Notes: generated by a model not told the origin, from the letters alone. Positions 26,235-38,769 are shown, counted from the whole stretch's first letter. The stretch: DNA of 63,408 bases, filler included, from Octopus bimaculoides (GCF_001194135.2; 5 parts of 5 records of this genome joined end to end with filler, not necessarily neighbours in it); one strand, 5' to 3'. Program-made: numbers and translations.

Positions 26235-26331
26235 CACTAAAATTGCAAGATACACAAATGCAACCCCTGTTAAGGACAGCATTATTGTATACCATGGTAC
26301 ATGTTTCAGTTTAAATTCTACTGTAAAATTC
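26235..26331 (-). CDS. GDPD5: GDPD exon A (most 5' found): NFTVEFKLKHVPWYTIMLSLTGVAFVYLAILV
   Basis: Acceptor cttcttcag, donor gtaagt, 97 nt (1 nt + 32 codons). TM helix resembling the GDPD5 segment ending ..TAAAFAYIAGLL. Confidence 0.85.
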
Positions 26332-26486
26332 CTGAAGAAGCAATAAATGAAAACATGTTAAATATTATGTAGAAATGAAAATCATCTTGTGGTTTGTTTT
26401 GTTTTGGCTTTTGTTTGTGTTTTTAATTGTTGAGTGTAGTGGAGAGGGCAGTGTCCCTGGCCTTCACAGGTCCTTCGGTTATAGAT

Positions 26487-26725
26487 TAATGGTTCTCAAG
26501 TGGGGTCCACATGACCCTTGAGGGTCTACATAATATTTTGTTGCTAAAATTATGTGCAATAAATAGATTATACTTCTACAATAAACAAAACATTTTAACA
26601 ATTTTTTAATATAATTATAAAAATGTAATAAGATTTTTTAAAACTTCAAATGATTATGAGGGCCCATCCAAATAAAATAGGAATGAAAAGGGTCCATAGG
26701 TAAAAAAGATACTTGAGAACCACTG
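26487..26725. mobile_element. hAT (Charlie-type) MITE; related remnant near 14853-14970
   Basis: Termini taatggttctcaa / ttgagaaccactg resemble CAGTGGTTCTCAA; internal sequence shared with 14853-14970; no clean TSD. Confidence 0.65.
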
Positions 26726-26983
26726 TTCTATAGCAATGAAATTAATACCATTAATGTTTGTATTGAACCTTTGTCATGAGAAGAGAAACAAATCCAGAGA
26801 GCCAATGTGTATTTGGATGGGTCAGACAGAATTTGTTGAGGCAGAATTTTCTACAGACAGACGCCTTTTCTATGGCCAGCTCTCACCTGTTTCTAGGCTA
26901 GGTAATATTTGCTATGGTCAGATATGTTATTCCAAAGAAGACTGGAAATGAACAATATTGTACAATGGTGATGCTTGACAAGG

Positions 26984-27019
<36 letters not shown>

Positions 27020-27022
<3 letters not shown>

Positions 27023-27180
27023 ACAGGCTTCTTTCAGTTTCTGTCTACCAAATCCACTCACAAGGCTTTGGTTGGCCTGAGGCTATAGTATAAGACTCTA
27101 GCCCAAGGTGCCACGCCATGTGACTGAACCCAGAACCATGTGGTTGGTAAACAAGCTACTTACCACACAGCTACTCCTAT
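27020..27180 (-). mobile_element. tRNA-type SINE, family C
   Basis: Reverse complement of 13638-13800. Confidence 0.8.
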
Positions 27181-27199
27181 GCATATATATATATATATA

Positions 27200-27420
27200 T
27201 ATGAGTACAGCAATGAATTCCGGGTAGAGGTAGGGGTCCACCAAGGTTCCGTCCTCAGCCCCCTATTATTTACCATAGTCCTCCAGGCAATCACAGAGGA
27301 GTTCAAGACAGGTTGCCCCTGGGAGCTCCTCTATGCTGATGACCTTGCCCTAATTGCGGAGTCACTATCAGAACTAGAGGAGAAGTTTCAGGTGTGGAAG
27401 CAAGGTCTAGAATTGAAGGG
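27200..27420 (+). mobile_element. RTE LINE reverse-transcriptase fragment
   Basis: GVHQGSVLSPLLF...WELLYADDLALIAESL: RT motifs with YADD, running into a gap. Confidence 0.93.
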
Positions 27421-27520
27421 NNNNNNNNNNNNNNNNNNNNNNNNNNNNNNNNNNNNNNNNNNNNTTAATTAATTAANNNNNNNNNNNNNNNNNNNNNNNN
27501 NNNNNNNNNNNNNNNNNNNN

Positions 27521-27551
<31 letters not shown>

Positions 27552-28499
27552 AATGACTTTGGTAAGATGAAAGAGAAATTCGGCTCTGAAGCAAGTTTCG
27601 AACTCATATAATGATGAAATTAAATTGTCTGACACTTTCCGCACTTACCCGATTTGTGATTGCATAAAGGATAATGAATTGTTCTGTCATTAAGAGACAA
27701 GCCAATTATTTTAATATGACACACTATGCCGAATAATTCACGAGAACTGATTACAACCAATATTTTTGTGGAATTAAATGGGCGAGAGGCAAATGTTTCC
27801 CTGGATGTGACACTGCCAAGCCATTGCATGAATCTAAGTTCATTCGATCACATATTACATATTAACAATATGTAAAATATAGTTTGGGAATAATCTCCCG
27901 TATACTACTTGTTATGTTTCTCTTTGCGATCCTTCGGGAGATGAGAAATCTGTATAAGAAGCAAAATTGGATTTGAACTCAAGAAATTTCAACAAGTTAT
28001 TTTCCTTCTAGCAGTAATTTCAAGATAGCGAATAGACGTCAGCTAAATGAAATCCAGTATTTTCCTTATATTTCGTTCTTTTGTTTATCTTTCACGATCG
28101 CCTCGAGGGATGAAACGTCAAAGTTTCGTCAAGTAGGTTTTAAAAGCAGATTTTCTGATTTTATCACATGCCCTTCAGCAGATATACGATCATTCTTTCA
28201 TTTTATTTCCTGCCATTTCTATTCTTTTACTGATTTCTGTCACTCGACTGCAGCCATGATATTCTCTGCCTTCAAAGACTTTTAGTCAATTATATCCTCC
28301 TAGTACTTAGTCTGGCATTCATTTTATCGAGATATATACATCGAATGCTCGAGTGCTTAGAGTAATGTCAATTGTTCGCAATCGTAGAGACAAAAATATT
28401 GCAACAATCAATGATTTACTTAGTTAAAAACAATTTTACAAATATCAAAAATACAACAGTAATTAAGTAAAAATTAAATTAAATAATTTCAGTGACAGA

Positions 28500-29400
28500 C
28501 GCATAAATAGGTACTTTTCTCACATCGAACGAGAATTCAACGAAACACATAAATATGGAACAGTAAAAATACAAACAAAACAGACCCCTTCAGCCCATAT
28601 TTCAAATGAATACACTCACACTCAAATAATCGTAAAAATAGATAACATTATCAAAACACTATGCAGCAGAAAATTACAATATCAGGTCGTCAAAGAATTT
28701 CTAGATATTTCAGAAGAGATAAATGAAATAAGTACCATCTATACTCTAGACATAGAAAGTATTTTCACTAATATTCCAATAGCAGGAACAATAAAATGTA
28801 TAATTTATACAAATTCCCAAAAAATAAAACCGCATATGATACCAGAAAAGTTTAAAAAGAACTGCAACGTTTTACTGCCCACATGACAAATTATATAAAC
28901 AAAAGCGTTATGTAAGTAGGAGTTTTCGTCTAAGACCCATCTTCACAACAGTCTGTCAAGTCACACGAGAAAACAAAATTATGCTTAAACATAAATATAT
29001 AACAATTACAACTGTTACCTTAAGCAGACAAACACACCGTGCTCTCCGTAGGTTTACCATGCATTCAAAACAAGGTGAAACTGCACAGTATCAAACAAAT
29101 TCAGATAGGAAAACATTAACAGAAAATACGTCCATATTTTACAAAATTCCCCACAGAAATAGTCGAGTGACAATGGAAGCAATACAAGACTACAATTACT
29201 ATACGACATATATATGTCACAAATGCAAATACGGTAATGTAGAACTCTAAAACTCTATTGCCCATACTCTGGCAGGAAAGTCTATTTAATCATTAACTAC
29301 CCTCTATAAAAAGGGCAACACAGAAGACAAAAATCACTCCACATCCTAAAGATGAGATTCAGATAGCTTACAATTCATAAAGACGAATTTGAAAACTTTA
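28500..29400 (+). mobile_element. Penelope-like element RT remnant
   Basis: TLDIESIFTNIPI resembles the Penelope SLDVxSLFTNIP motif; heavily frameshifted; boundaries approximate. Confidence 0.6.
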
Positions 29401-31678
29401 TTGTCCCACAACAAAAATAAGTCTGGTATGCAGATAAAAGAAAACTGGAGCTTAGTCGTATATTCAACACAGACACACATATACTTATATATACGTATAC
29501 ACACAGTCACGCGCACACACAACCACACACATATATATATACATGCATATCCATACACATACGGATATATACACATATTCATACACAAATATACATACAT
29601 ATATAAGAATTTCTGTTCTTATGTATATTTTAAATTGTGTATGTGCTGTTTATTTCATCTTATTTCATTTATTATTAATAAATCTCTGAACGAGGTATTA
29701 TTATTATTTTTATTCTAAATAATTCATACCTCCATAGTTTTCAGAAAAGAAAACTGATATTGAAGAAATCGAGAAAAGAAAATCAACATTGAAATTAACA
29801 GATATAATAGAAGACATATGGATAATATATTATTTTAAAGAAAATATTTTATGCTTATTAAGGTATCTTTTGGTAATCAGTTGGAGATAATTAATGCTAG
29901 TCGAAAGAGGAATTTAGTTAATTTGGACTGCTTTTTCGTTGTAAATGTTGGCACTATCCGCTATTTAACTTAATACGAAATAATTTTGTTCTGGACACCA
30001 GACGTGCTTAAATTCAACTAACATATTTTAGCACTGTTTATTATTCATGGTGAATTATTGAATTATGGCTTTCCTAAACACGTGATATCTTTTATCTTCT
30101 GACTGGGAATGTGTGTTAATCTATATTTGCGCATCTGTGTGTTGTTTTAAATTGTGTGGATTTTTGTTTTTATATTTCTATTGTTGTTGTTGTCTTTGTT
30201 GTTGTTGGTGGTGGTGATGGTGTTGGTGGTGGATTTCTGGTTTTAAAAAGTTATTTCATGTTTTTATACAGATAGGCAAACAAATACACATTTAAAAGAG
30301 AAAAAATGTTTAAAGGTAAACGAGAGATTGAAATGCGGGAAGATAGAAAGGAAGACGAAAACAAGAAAAATCCTGAAAGTAATAGGAATGAATGAATACA
30401 AGAAAAGGAAAACAGGAAAGGATTTCAGTTTAGTTCATGTAAAATATTTGTGGCGTGTAATTACAGTTTAACAAGACAATACTTGCCTTTGAGTAAACCG
30501 CTGCATTGTTCCAATTACTATGGTTCTAATAATTTCGATTGAAACACATTTCTATAAGATATTTTATAAATTTTTTTTCACTAGAAGAGAAACACACCTA
30601 TAAAGAGATTTTTAAGCTAAAAACAAAAAAAAAAAAACGTGATTTTGTAAGATTTTTTATTTCAAGAACAACGGACTTTACAAGTTACGTGATTGAAGTC
30701 AAAAACGTAATTGCCTAAGCATTTGATTGAAAATATTTTAATTAATTAACAATTAAAATATTTACCGTTTCAACTGCTTAGAATAATGTGCTATGTCCCA
30801 TTGGGTTATTAGAGCATCGCTGAAAACTGTCTTCTCGTAAATTATTGCAACAGATAGTGACTGGTCGAGTTAATAGAGGTAGAGAACGAAGGTATGACCG
30901 TAGCGCCTAGGGTAAATGAATTAAGCTATAGCCTCTGATTGTTCAAACTTTAATGAGAAATGAATTTGAGGGAAATTATGTGAAAACACATCAAGTAGAT
31001 TGTACCTGTAATTCAGTCTCACACTGAGTTTGTTTGAGGATAACATTAACGATACACGTGTCTGAAATACTCAGTCTTTTATACTATAATCCATTAATTA
31101 GTTCCGTTGATCGAATAACAAGCTAACGAATTGGTATTTCCAATCTTAAACCTCTTTCTTTTTGTGTACAAAAGTGGTTTAAGAGACTGGTGCAACCACA
31201 TATGTATCGGCAAAACCTTTTAACTTTCAGCATAACATGCAGTTAGTGTCCATTTGAGAGTTTTATAAGATCCGAAATTTTCTTTAGGTTCTCTGCTGCA
31301 ACCTGGGTGAGTATATCTAACCCAGTTTTGGATCGGTTTTCTGGAGGCGCGTTCGAATATCAGGAAGGTATTCTCATCCCTTTTGAACAACGCACGCCAC
31401 TACTCACCATATGTTCAATTCTATGACACACCCAAAATATTAACTTCATAAGTCAACTGTTCATATACTTCAGAACGAGAAAATATTCACTCTCACGTGA
31501 TACTCTTTGAAGCACATGCGCGGAAGCATATGCTTCAGAGAGAACTCTTCGGTATTGCCATATTGCCTGACTTGAGTGACAAAGTCAATGTTACATCATA
31601 TTCCTCTCAAACACTTTTCCACTTAAGCATATGTGGGTATTTCAACTCGTCAGTTTTTAACTGAGACTCGTTAGTATA

Positions 31679-31923
31679 CAGTAATCCCTCGACTATCGCA
31701 GGTGTTACGTTCCAAAAACCCCTGCGATAGGTGAAAATCCGCAAAGTAGAAACAGTACTGTATATTTTTATTATTATTTTCATAATTTGTATACATTCAT
31801 TTTGCTATAATTGCAAAAAAACACCACGGAGGAATCGACGTAAGCTTAAATAATAAACCGCGATAGACGAACCGCGATATGTGAACCGCGATAGATGAAC
31901 CGCGATATAGCGAGGGATTACTG
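31679..31923. mobile_element. Tigger/pogo-type MITE (245 bp)
   Basis: TIRs CAGTAATCCCTCG / CGAGGGATTACTG, TA on both sides, four tandem aaccgcgata subterminal repeats. Confidence 0.9.
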
Positions 31924-32734
31924 TACTAGCATTCGTTCTAGATGCTCGAATACCATTCAGAATAGGGCCTTCCTGTTGTTTATTTCGAAGAGTTCTTTTG
32001 CTCATCTTAAATTGGCATACTGTATTCTTCCACGCATATTTATAGAATCATTTTTGTTTTACAGATCCTGCACATGTGTTGGCCTTCATTATGGTTTTGG
32101 TAAAATTGTTGCTGTTGTCGTTGCTGCTATATCGAAATGCTACAGTGAATGAGGTGGTGCTACGGGTGGTTAAGAAGGTATAATTAGTGCCTGTGTGACT
32201 GCTGCAGTTTGTCTTGTTTGGAACCAGCAAACTTTAAAAATCTTCACAATAAAACCTTGTAAGCCCAATGTTCTCTCTGTTGTTGTTGCTGCTGCTGTTG
32301 CGTTATAGTTGTTAACATTTTCATTAAAACATGTCCCATGTATAGAAACAGACAACAAACTTCAATTCCTGCCATTAACTGCTATTGACATAACAATGAT
32401 AGTCATGTGTTATCAGCAGAAACGCCGGGTAGATTTATTTCTCCGCCTCTCTCTTTCTCTTTTTGTTTTACTCTCTCTTTGTCATATTCATCACCAATGA
32501 ACATTATTATTACCGTCACGCAGATCCATGGTGTTTGGAATGTTTGACACAGTGCAGAAACGCGATCGGGAGGTGGTATAATTATTGATTCCAAACTTTC
32601 GTGTCAGTCCCTCAAGGATCAGTACAAGGACTGAAATAATATACATACACGGGTGTACGCGCTCACACCCACCCACACAGACATATGAATATATATACAT
32701 ATATACATGTATATATGTACATACTTATGCATAT

Positions 32735-32797
<63 letters not shown>

Positions 32798-32858
32798 TAA
32801 ATATGCTTATATACGCATATACATATAAGAATATACATATATATGCGCACATATATGT

Positions 32859-32891
<33 letters not shown>

Positions 32892-32933
32892 GACGTATAC
32901 ATACATATATGTAGATGTATATATATATATATA

Positions 32934-34125
32934 CAGGGTACGGAAGCAAAACGTGCATTAAAAGTTACACTAATATTTCACAGCATCCACTGTATCAAAT
33001 GATATGAAACCTAATGCAAAACAAAGAATACATTGTCAGCTAATAATAAACTCTTTTTTGCAGGAATATTAGAGAATATGACTGTGCAGGAAGGCAAACG
33101 CCAAAGAGTGATTTGATCTACGCACAAGTCAAACCGAAGAGTATCTCAAGCATAGTCTGAGTATCCCTACACACAGTTTATAACATCAAGAAGAGAATGG
33201 ATATGGGCAACGGCATTCAGAGGAAGTCTAGTAGCGGTGGGGCCAACAAGAAGCGGAATCAAAACTTAATCGACACCCTCAAGTCCAAAATACATTCATG
33301 AGGAAGCTGGCTTCGGAATTTGAAATGGACCCCAAGACCATCAGAACAGCTGTGAACAATGACTTGGGCACGATGACAGGACACCGAGACACCTGCTGAC
33401 AGAACCTATGAAGACCAGGAGACTGGAGAGGTGCAAAAAAGGTTCTCACATACCTCAAGAATGGGTCCATTGTGAAAATTTTGTCTGACAAGGTCTTCAC
33501 AGTAGATGCTGTTGTGAACCACAGAAACAACCGGTACATTGCGGAGTCAACAGCTGACGTCCGGGGCACCTTTAGAACAAAACATCCAACCTAGGCCATG
33601 GCTTTCGGTATTGTGACTTCCGACGGATAAAAGATGAGAGAAGGTGGGTACTGACACCTACTACAAGACTCAAAACCAACTACCCAGAGGGCAACTATGT
33701 GTGGTGCCAGGATGGTGCTCCTAGCCATACTGCCGAGAAGGTACTGAATTTCTGCAACTCCAGCTTTGCTGCTTTCTAACCTGCCGACTTATGGCCCCAT
33801 TCCAGCTCGGATCTCTGGACTGCGTTGTGTGGAGCATTTTGAAGCATGAAACCAGCAAAAGCGCTCACCCCAACATCAAGTCTCTGAAGGCTGCCATCAA
33901 TGAAGAGTGGGCCAGGATGTCCAGTGACTTTGTGGTGAAGACTTGTGCGGGGTTCTGGGGTCATATGGGAGCCGTAATTGCGAACAATGGAAGCCACATA
34001 GATTAAGTTATTTGTTTTGTAATTTTATGAGAATGTCATTAACCTACTTTTGAATTATCAAACTTATTAATACACAATGAGAGAGTTTCATATATAGGAG
34101 GTAAATTTCAACTTCTGTATATGTA
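32934..34125 (+). mobile_element. Tc1/mariner-superfamily transposon, degenerate
   Basis: Starts TA-CAGGG; RTKHP..FGIVTSDG, WCQDGAP.HT, LDCVVWSILKHETSK..HPNIKSLKAAINEEW..NNGSHID; stops and frameshifts. Confidence 0.88.
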
Positions 34126-34601
34126 CATGTGTGTGTGTGTGTGCGTGCGAGCGTGTGTACATATATATATTACTGGTACTGCTAATACAGGTAGGTACTT
34201 CTCACTTTTGCCAGCTGAGTGGACTGGAGCAACATGAAATAAATTGTCTTGCTCAAGGACACAACGCGCCGCCGGGAATCGAACGCGCGCGACTCCACAC
34301 ACACACAAACACACACGTATATGTTAAATTAAATGAGACAACAAAGCCAAGTTCGTGTGGAATTTATTGACATTTATAAAGAGAAAGGTAGTCTTACAGC
34401 TGTTTCTGTGATATTAGGGATACCCCTTCATCAAAAACGATATGAGAGAGTTAACTAGAGGGAAATAATGGAGTTCAATATCAGGAGTTATATTGGTAAA
34501 GGAAGGATATAGGAAGTATAAAGGGAAATAAGGGGATAAAAATACAAATAAAAAGATATTTAGGATGTTACACTTGCATATATATATGTATATATATATA
34601 T

Positions 34602-34646
<45 letters not shown>

Positions 34647-34838
34647 CATATAAAGTAAAAGGAAAGGAAAAAATATAAGCGTAGACGATACTTTAATACA
34701 AAGTTGGTACAAATCCAATACATATTCTACAAGTTGTTNNNNNNNNNNNNNNNNNNNNNNNNNNNNNNNNNNNNNNNNNNNNTTAATTAATTAANNNNNN
34801 NNNNNNNNNNNNNNNNNNNNNNNNNNNNNNNNNNNNNN

Positions 34839-34892
<54 letters not shown>

Positions 34893-35111
34893 GTGGTGGT
34901 GAGCTGGCAGAATTGTTAGCACGCCAGACAAAATGCTTAGCAGTATTCTGTCCATCTTCATGTTCTGAGTTCAAATTCTGCCGAGGTCAACTTTGTCTTT
35001 CATCCATTTGGGGTTGATAAAATTAGTACCAGTTACACACTGGGGTCGATGTAATTGACTGTCCCTGTCTCCCCCAAATTTCAGTCCTTGTGCCTATAGT
35101 AGAAAGGATTA

Positions 35112-35142
<31 letters not shown>

Positions 35143-35800
35143 CATTATTATCATTATTACGGTTAGGTGGCAGAATCGTTAGCACACCGGGTGAAATATT
35201 TAGCAGTATTTCATCTAAAGCTACATTCTGAGTTCAAATTCCGCTGATGTCAAGTTTACCTTCCATCCTTTCGGATTCGATAAAATATGTTCCAGCGAAA
35301 CACTCGGGTTGATGTAATCGACTAGTCCCCTCCCCCAAAATTCAGGCCTTGTGCCTATAATAGGAAGAATAATTATTCTTATTTTAGTGTTTAAGATGGA
35401 GAGCTGGCAGAATCGTTAGCACATTGGGCAAAATGCTATGTTCTGAGTTCAAATTCTGCCTAGGTCGAATTTGCCTTTCATCTCTTTGGGGTCAATAAAT
35501 TAAGTATCAGTGGAACACTGGGGTTGATGTAATAGACTGGTCCACTCCCACCAAAATTTTAGGCCTTGTGCCTTTATTAGAAAGGATTATAATTTAAGGT
35601 CACAAGCTGGCAGAATCGATAACTTGTGATGCAAAATGCTTAGCAGTGTTTTGTCTGTCTTTACATGTGTTCAAATTCTGCTGAGATCAACTTTACCTTT
35701 CATCCTTTCAGGGTCGATAAAATAAGTACTGGAATCAATGTAATCGGCTTACTTCCTCTCCTGAAATTTCTGGTTTCCTGCCAAATTTTAAAATTATTAT
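34893..35800 (+). mobile_element. Four head-to-tail family A SINE copies separated by (ATT)n
   Basis: Heads gagctggcagaatcgttagc near 34900, 35165, 35400 and 35605. Confidence 0.88.
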
Positions 35801-36134
35801 CATTATTTGTTAGTTCATTTGTATGTCCGTTTTTCCATGATGGCATAGGTCAGAGGAATACATTATTGAAGTACTTTATCACACTTGGATGCCTTTCCAG
35901 TTGCTAACCCTGACTTGCTTTTCTCATGCAAGGGTTCAGAGTTTGTCTTTTCCTATATGTCTTCAAAGGCACTTGGCCGAAAGATGATCTGTTGACCAGG
36001 GAAATGACACCCACATCACCGCTTGTCACTGCATGGATTGTCATAAAACATAGGACTTTAAACAAATGCGAACATGTGCACGCAGGCATGCATCCACAGA
36101 CATGCATATACATGCAACCATACACATGTATGTA

Positions 36135-36295
36135 TACAGAAATGGCTGTGTGGTTAAGAAGCTTACTTCCCAATCATGTGGTCTTTGGTTCAGTTCCACA
36201 ATGAGGTACATTGGACCAATGCTTTCTACTATCTCTCCAGGCTAACCAAAGCATTGTGAGTGGATTTGTTTGACAGAAACTGGGAAAAGCCTATC
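36135..36295 (+). mobile_element. tRNA-type SINE, family C
   Basis: atggctgtgtggttaagaagcttacttcccaatc...gtgagtggatttg...gaaactg. Confidence 0.8.
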
Positions 36296-36444
36296 ATGGA
36301 TGTGTTCCAGTATCTTCAGCCTGAAAGAGACAGGTTTGTTAGAGGTCCATGAAACATTAAGTTGCATGGAGCTGAATACATGTGGCCCCTACTAAATATG
36401 TTGAGTGCCTTTTTTCTGTCATTTGTCCATTCACTCATATAACT

Positions 36445-36475
<31 letters not shown>

Positions 36476-37284
36476 CACACACACACACACATATNNNNNN
36501 NNNNNNNNNNNNNNNNNNNNNNNNNNNNNNNNNNNNNNNNNNNNNNNNNNNNNNNNNNNNNNNNNNNNNNNNNNNNNNNNNNNNNNNNNNNNNNNNNNNN
36601 NNNNNNNNNNNNNNNNNNNNNNNNNNNNNNNNNNNNNNNNNNNNNNNNNNNNNNNNNNNNNNNNNNNNNNNNNNNNNNNNNNNNNNNNNNNNNNNNNNNN
36701 NNNNNNNNNNNNNNNNNNNNNNNNNNNNNNNNNNNNNNNNNNNNNNNNNNNNNNNNNNNNNNNNNNNNNNNNNNNNNNNNNNNNNNNNNNNNNNNNNNNN
36801 NNNNNNNNNNNNNNNNNNNNNNNNNNNNNNNNNNNNNNNNNNNNNNNNNNNNNNNNNNNNNNNNNNNNNNNNNNNNNNNNNNNNNNNNNNNNNNNNNNNN
36901 NNNNNNNNNNNNNNNNNNNNNNNNNNNNNNNNNNNNNNNNNNNNNNNNNNNNNNNNNNNNNNNNNNNNNNNNNNNNNNNNNNNNNNNNNNNNNNNNNNNN
37001 NNNNNNNNNNNNNNNNNNNNNNNNNNNNNNNNNNNNNNNNNNNNNNNNNNNNNNNNNNNNNNNNNNNNNNNNNNNNNNNNNNNNNNNNNNNNNNNNNNNN
37101 NNNNNNNNNNNNNNNNNNNNNNNNNNNNNNNNNNNNNNNNNNNNNNNNNNNNNNNNNNNNNNNNNNNNNNNNNNNNNNNNNNNNNNNNNNNNNNNNNNNN
37201 NNNNNNNNNNNNNNNNNNNNNNNNNNNNNNNNNNNNNNNNNNNNNNNNNNNNNNNNNNNNNNNNNTATACATATATATATATAT

Positions 37285-37535
37285 ATTGCCAGTGCTGTGG
37301 GACTGGCTCCTGTGCAGGTGGCACATATAAAGCCCTATTTGATCATGGCCAATGCCAGTACTGCTTGACTGGCCCTCATGCCGGTGACACGTCAAAGCAC
37401 CAACTATACTCTCAGAGTAGAAGCTTTGCAAGATCAGATTGGAGCCTGGTGCAACGATCCGGTTGCACCAGTCCTCAGTCAAACCGTCCAATCCATGCCA
37501 GCATGGAAAGCAGATGTTAAACGATGATGATGATG
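37285..37535 (+). mobile_element. RTE 3'-tail repeat
   Basis: Near-identical to 1180-1465. Confidence 0.8.
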
Positions 37536-37879
37536 ATATATATTTGGTTGTATACGTACTTACAGAAATATGTGAGATGCACTGGTGCATCTGTAACTAT
37601 GCAAGACATACACATATTCACGTTCGTTCACTCCTGCATGCAAATCGATACAAAGAACACAAGATTTTCTCACCAATGCCACGCCAACACCACCCCTGCA
37701 TCACACTGCTCCACACCACAACACAATGGTGCGCACCCAGTAAATGTTGAAAACTGTTTAAATTGATGACAAATTCAATCTTGTCATCAATTATGTTACA
37801 ATTAAATAGACGCAGATATTAAACTGCAGGTATGATGTTTGATGGAATTAAACCGACTGACCTCAGCCGTCATGTGTTG

Positions 37880-38125
37880 CGTGTGTATCCTTGTGTGAGT
37901 GCGTGAGGGGGGGTGTATGTGGCTGTGTGTGTTTGCGTGTGTGTGTGTTTGTCTGCATATGTGTGTATTATTGTTTGTGTGTGTGTCTCTGCATGTGTGT
38001 GTGTATGTGTGTGTGTCTGTGTGTATATATCTGTGTATGTCTGCACATGTGTGTCTGCATTGTGTGTGTGTCTGCATGTGTCTGTGTGTTATGTGTATGA
38101 GTGTGTGTGTGTGTGTGTGTGCACG
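37880..38125. repeat. Compound GT-rich low-complexity tract
   Basis: Read directly; it produces spurious C/V/H/T ORFs. Confidence 0.9.
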
Positions 38126-38708
38126 TGTGTCAACAGTGTTGTCAGCAGTTCTGGTGGTGGTGGTGGTAGTGGTAGGGGGTGCACTTTCTTTGACTTTGTA
38201 CTTTACCATATGGATTTTTTGTTTTAGTGTGTCTGTGTTGTGTCATCCTCCTCCTCCTCCTCCTCCTCCTCCTNNNNNNNNNNNNNNNNNNNNNNNNNNN
38301 NNNNNNNNNNNNNNNNNNNNNNNNNNNNNNNNNNNNNNNNNNNNNNNNNNNNNNNNNNNNNNNNNNNNNNNNNNNNNNNNNNNNNNNNNNNNNNNNNNNN
38401 NNNNNNNNNNNNNAACATCCTTCTTCCATGCAGGACTGTTCCTGGGAAGCTGGCAAGTCAGAAGTCCACACCAGCCCCTGCTGTCTATGCTATCTACTTT
38501 GTCAAGGTTTCTATGGTTGGATGCCCTCCCTTAAGCCAACCACCGGGTGCTTTTTTTGTGGCACCAGATCCAGTGGGTCCACCCAGTAACTTGCAACACA
38601 AAAGCCCTCATCTGAGTGGTGAGCCCTTTTGACAGTAAGGGGTGCACATTATTTATATACTTCTTTTTCTGTCTGCTTAACTGTCAGTCTCTCTATCTCT
38701 TTCTCAAC

Positions 38709-38769
<61 letters not shown>

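Larger units (their letters stand above)
2963..26331 (-). other. GDPD5: GDPD5/GDPD4-like multi-pass membrane glycerophosphodiester phosphodiesterase gene (11 coding exons traced, 5' end missing)
   Basis: Eleven exons with GT-AG borders and matching phases splice into one 527-aa frame: TM helices, then a GDPD domain (AHRGAS, PENTL, GFESDVQISLDG, LHDKTLRRTTN, LNAGRWF), then a TM helix and a cytosolic tail. This order matches vertebrate GDE2/GDPD5. The exact paralog assignment is uncertain. Confidence 0.93.

Noticed and set aside
27465-27476. Palindromic ttaattaattaa inside N runs (also 34783-34794, 42852-42863, 61480-61491)
   Set aside because: Identical 12-mer with stops in all six frames, centred in 100-bp gaps: an artificial scaffolding linker. 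Order and distance across these joins are uncertain.
27620-27833. Minus-strand ORF with a gtaagt donor as the missing GDPD exon
   Set aside because: It ends in phase 1, incompatible with exon A, and shows no GDPD similarity.
36316-37590. Longest ORFs in the track (also 9517-10520, 20134-21322, 59033-59651, 61976-62800)
   Set aside because: They are open only because they cross N gaps and microsatellites.
37802-38534. HT/CV/YI/poly-N low-complexity ORFs throughout the window
   Set aside because: Translations of di- and trinucleotide repeats.
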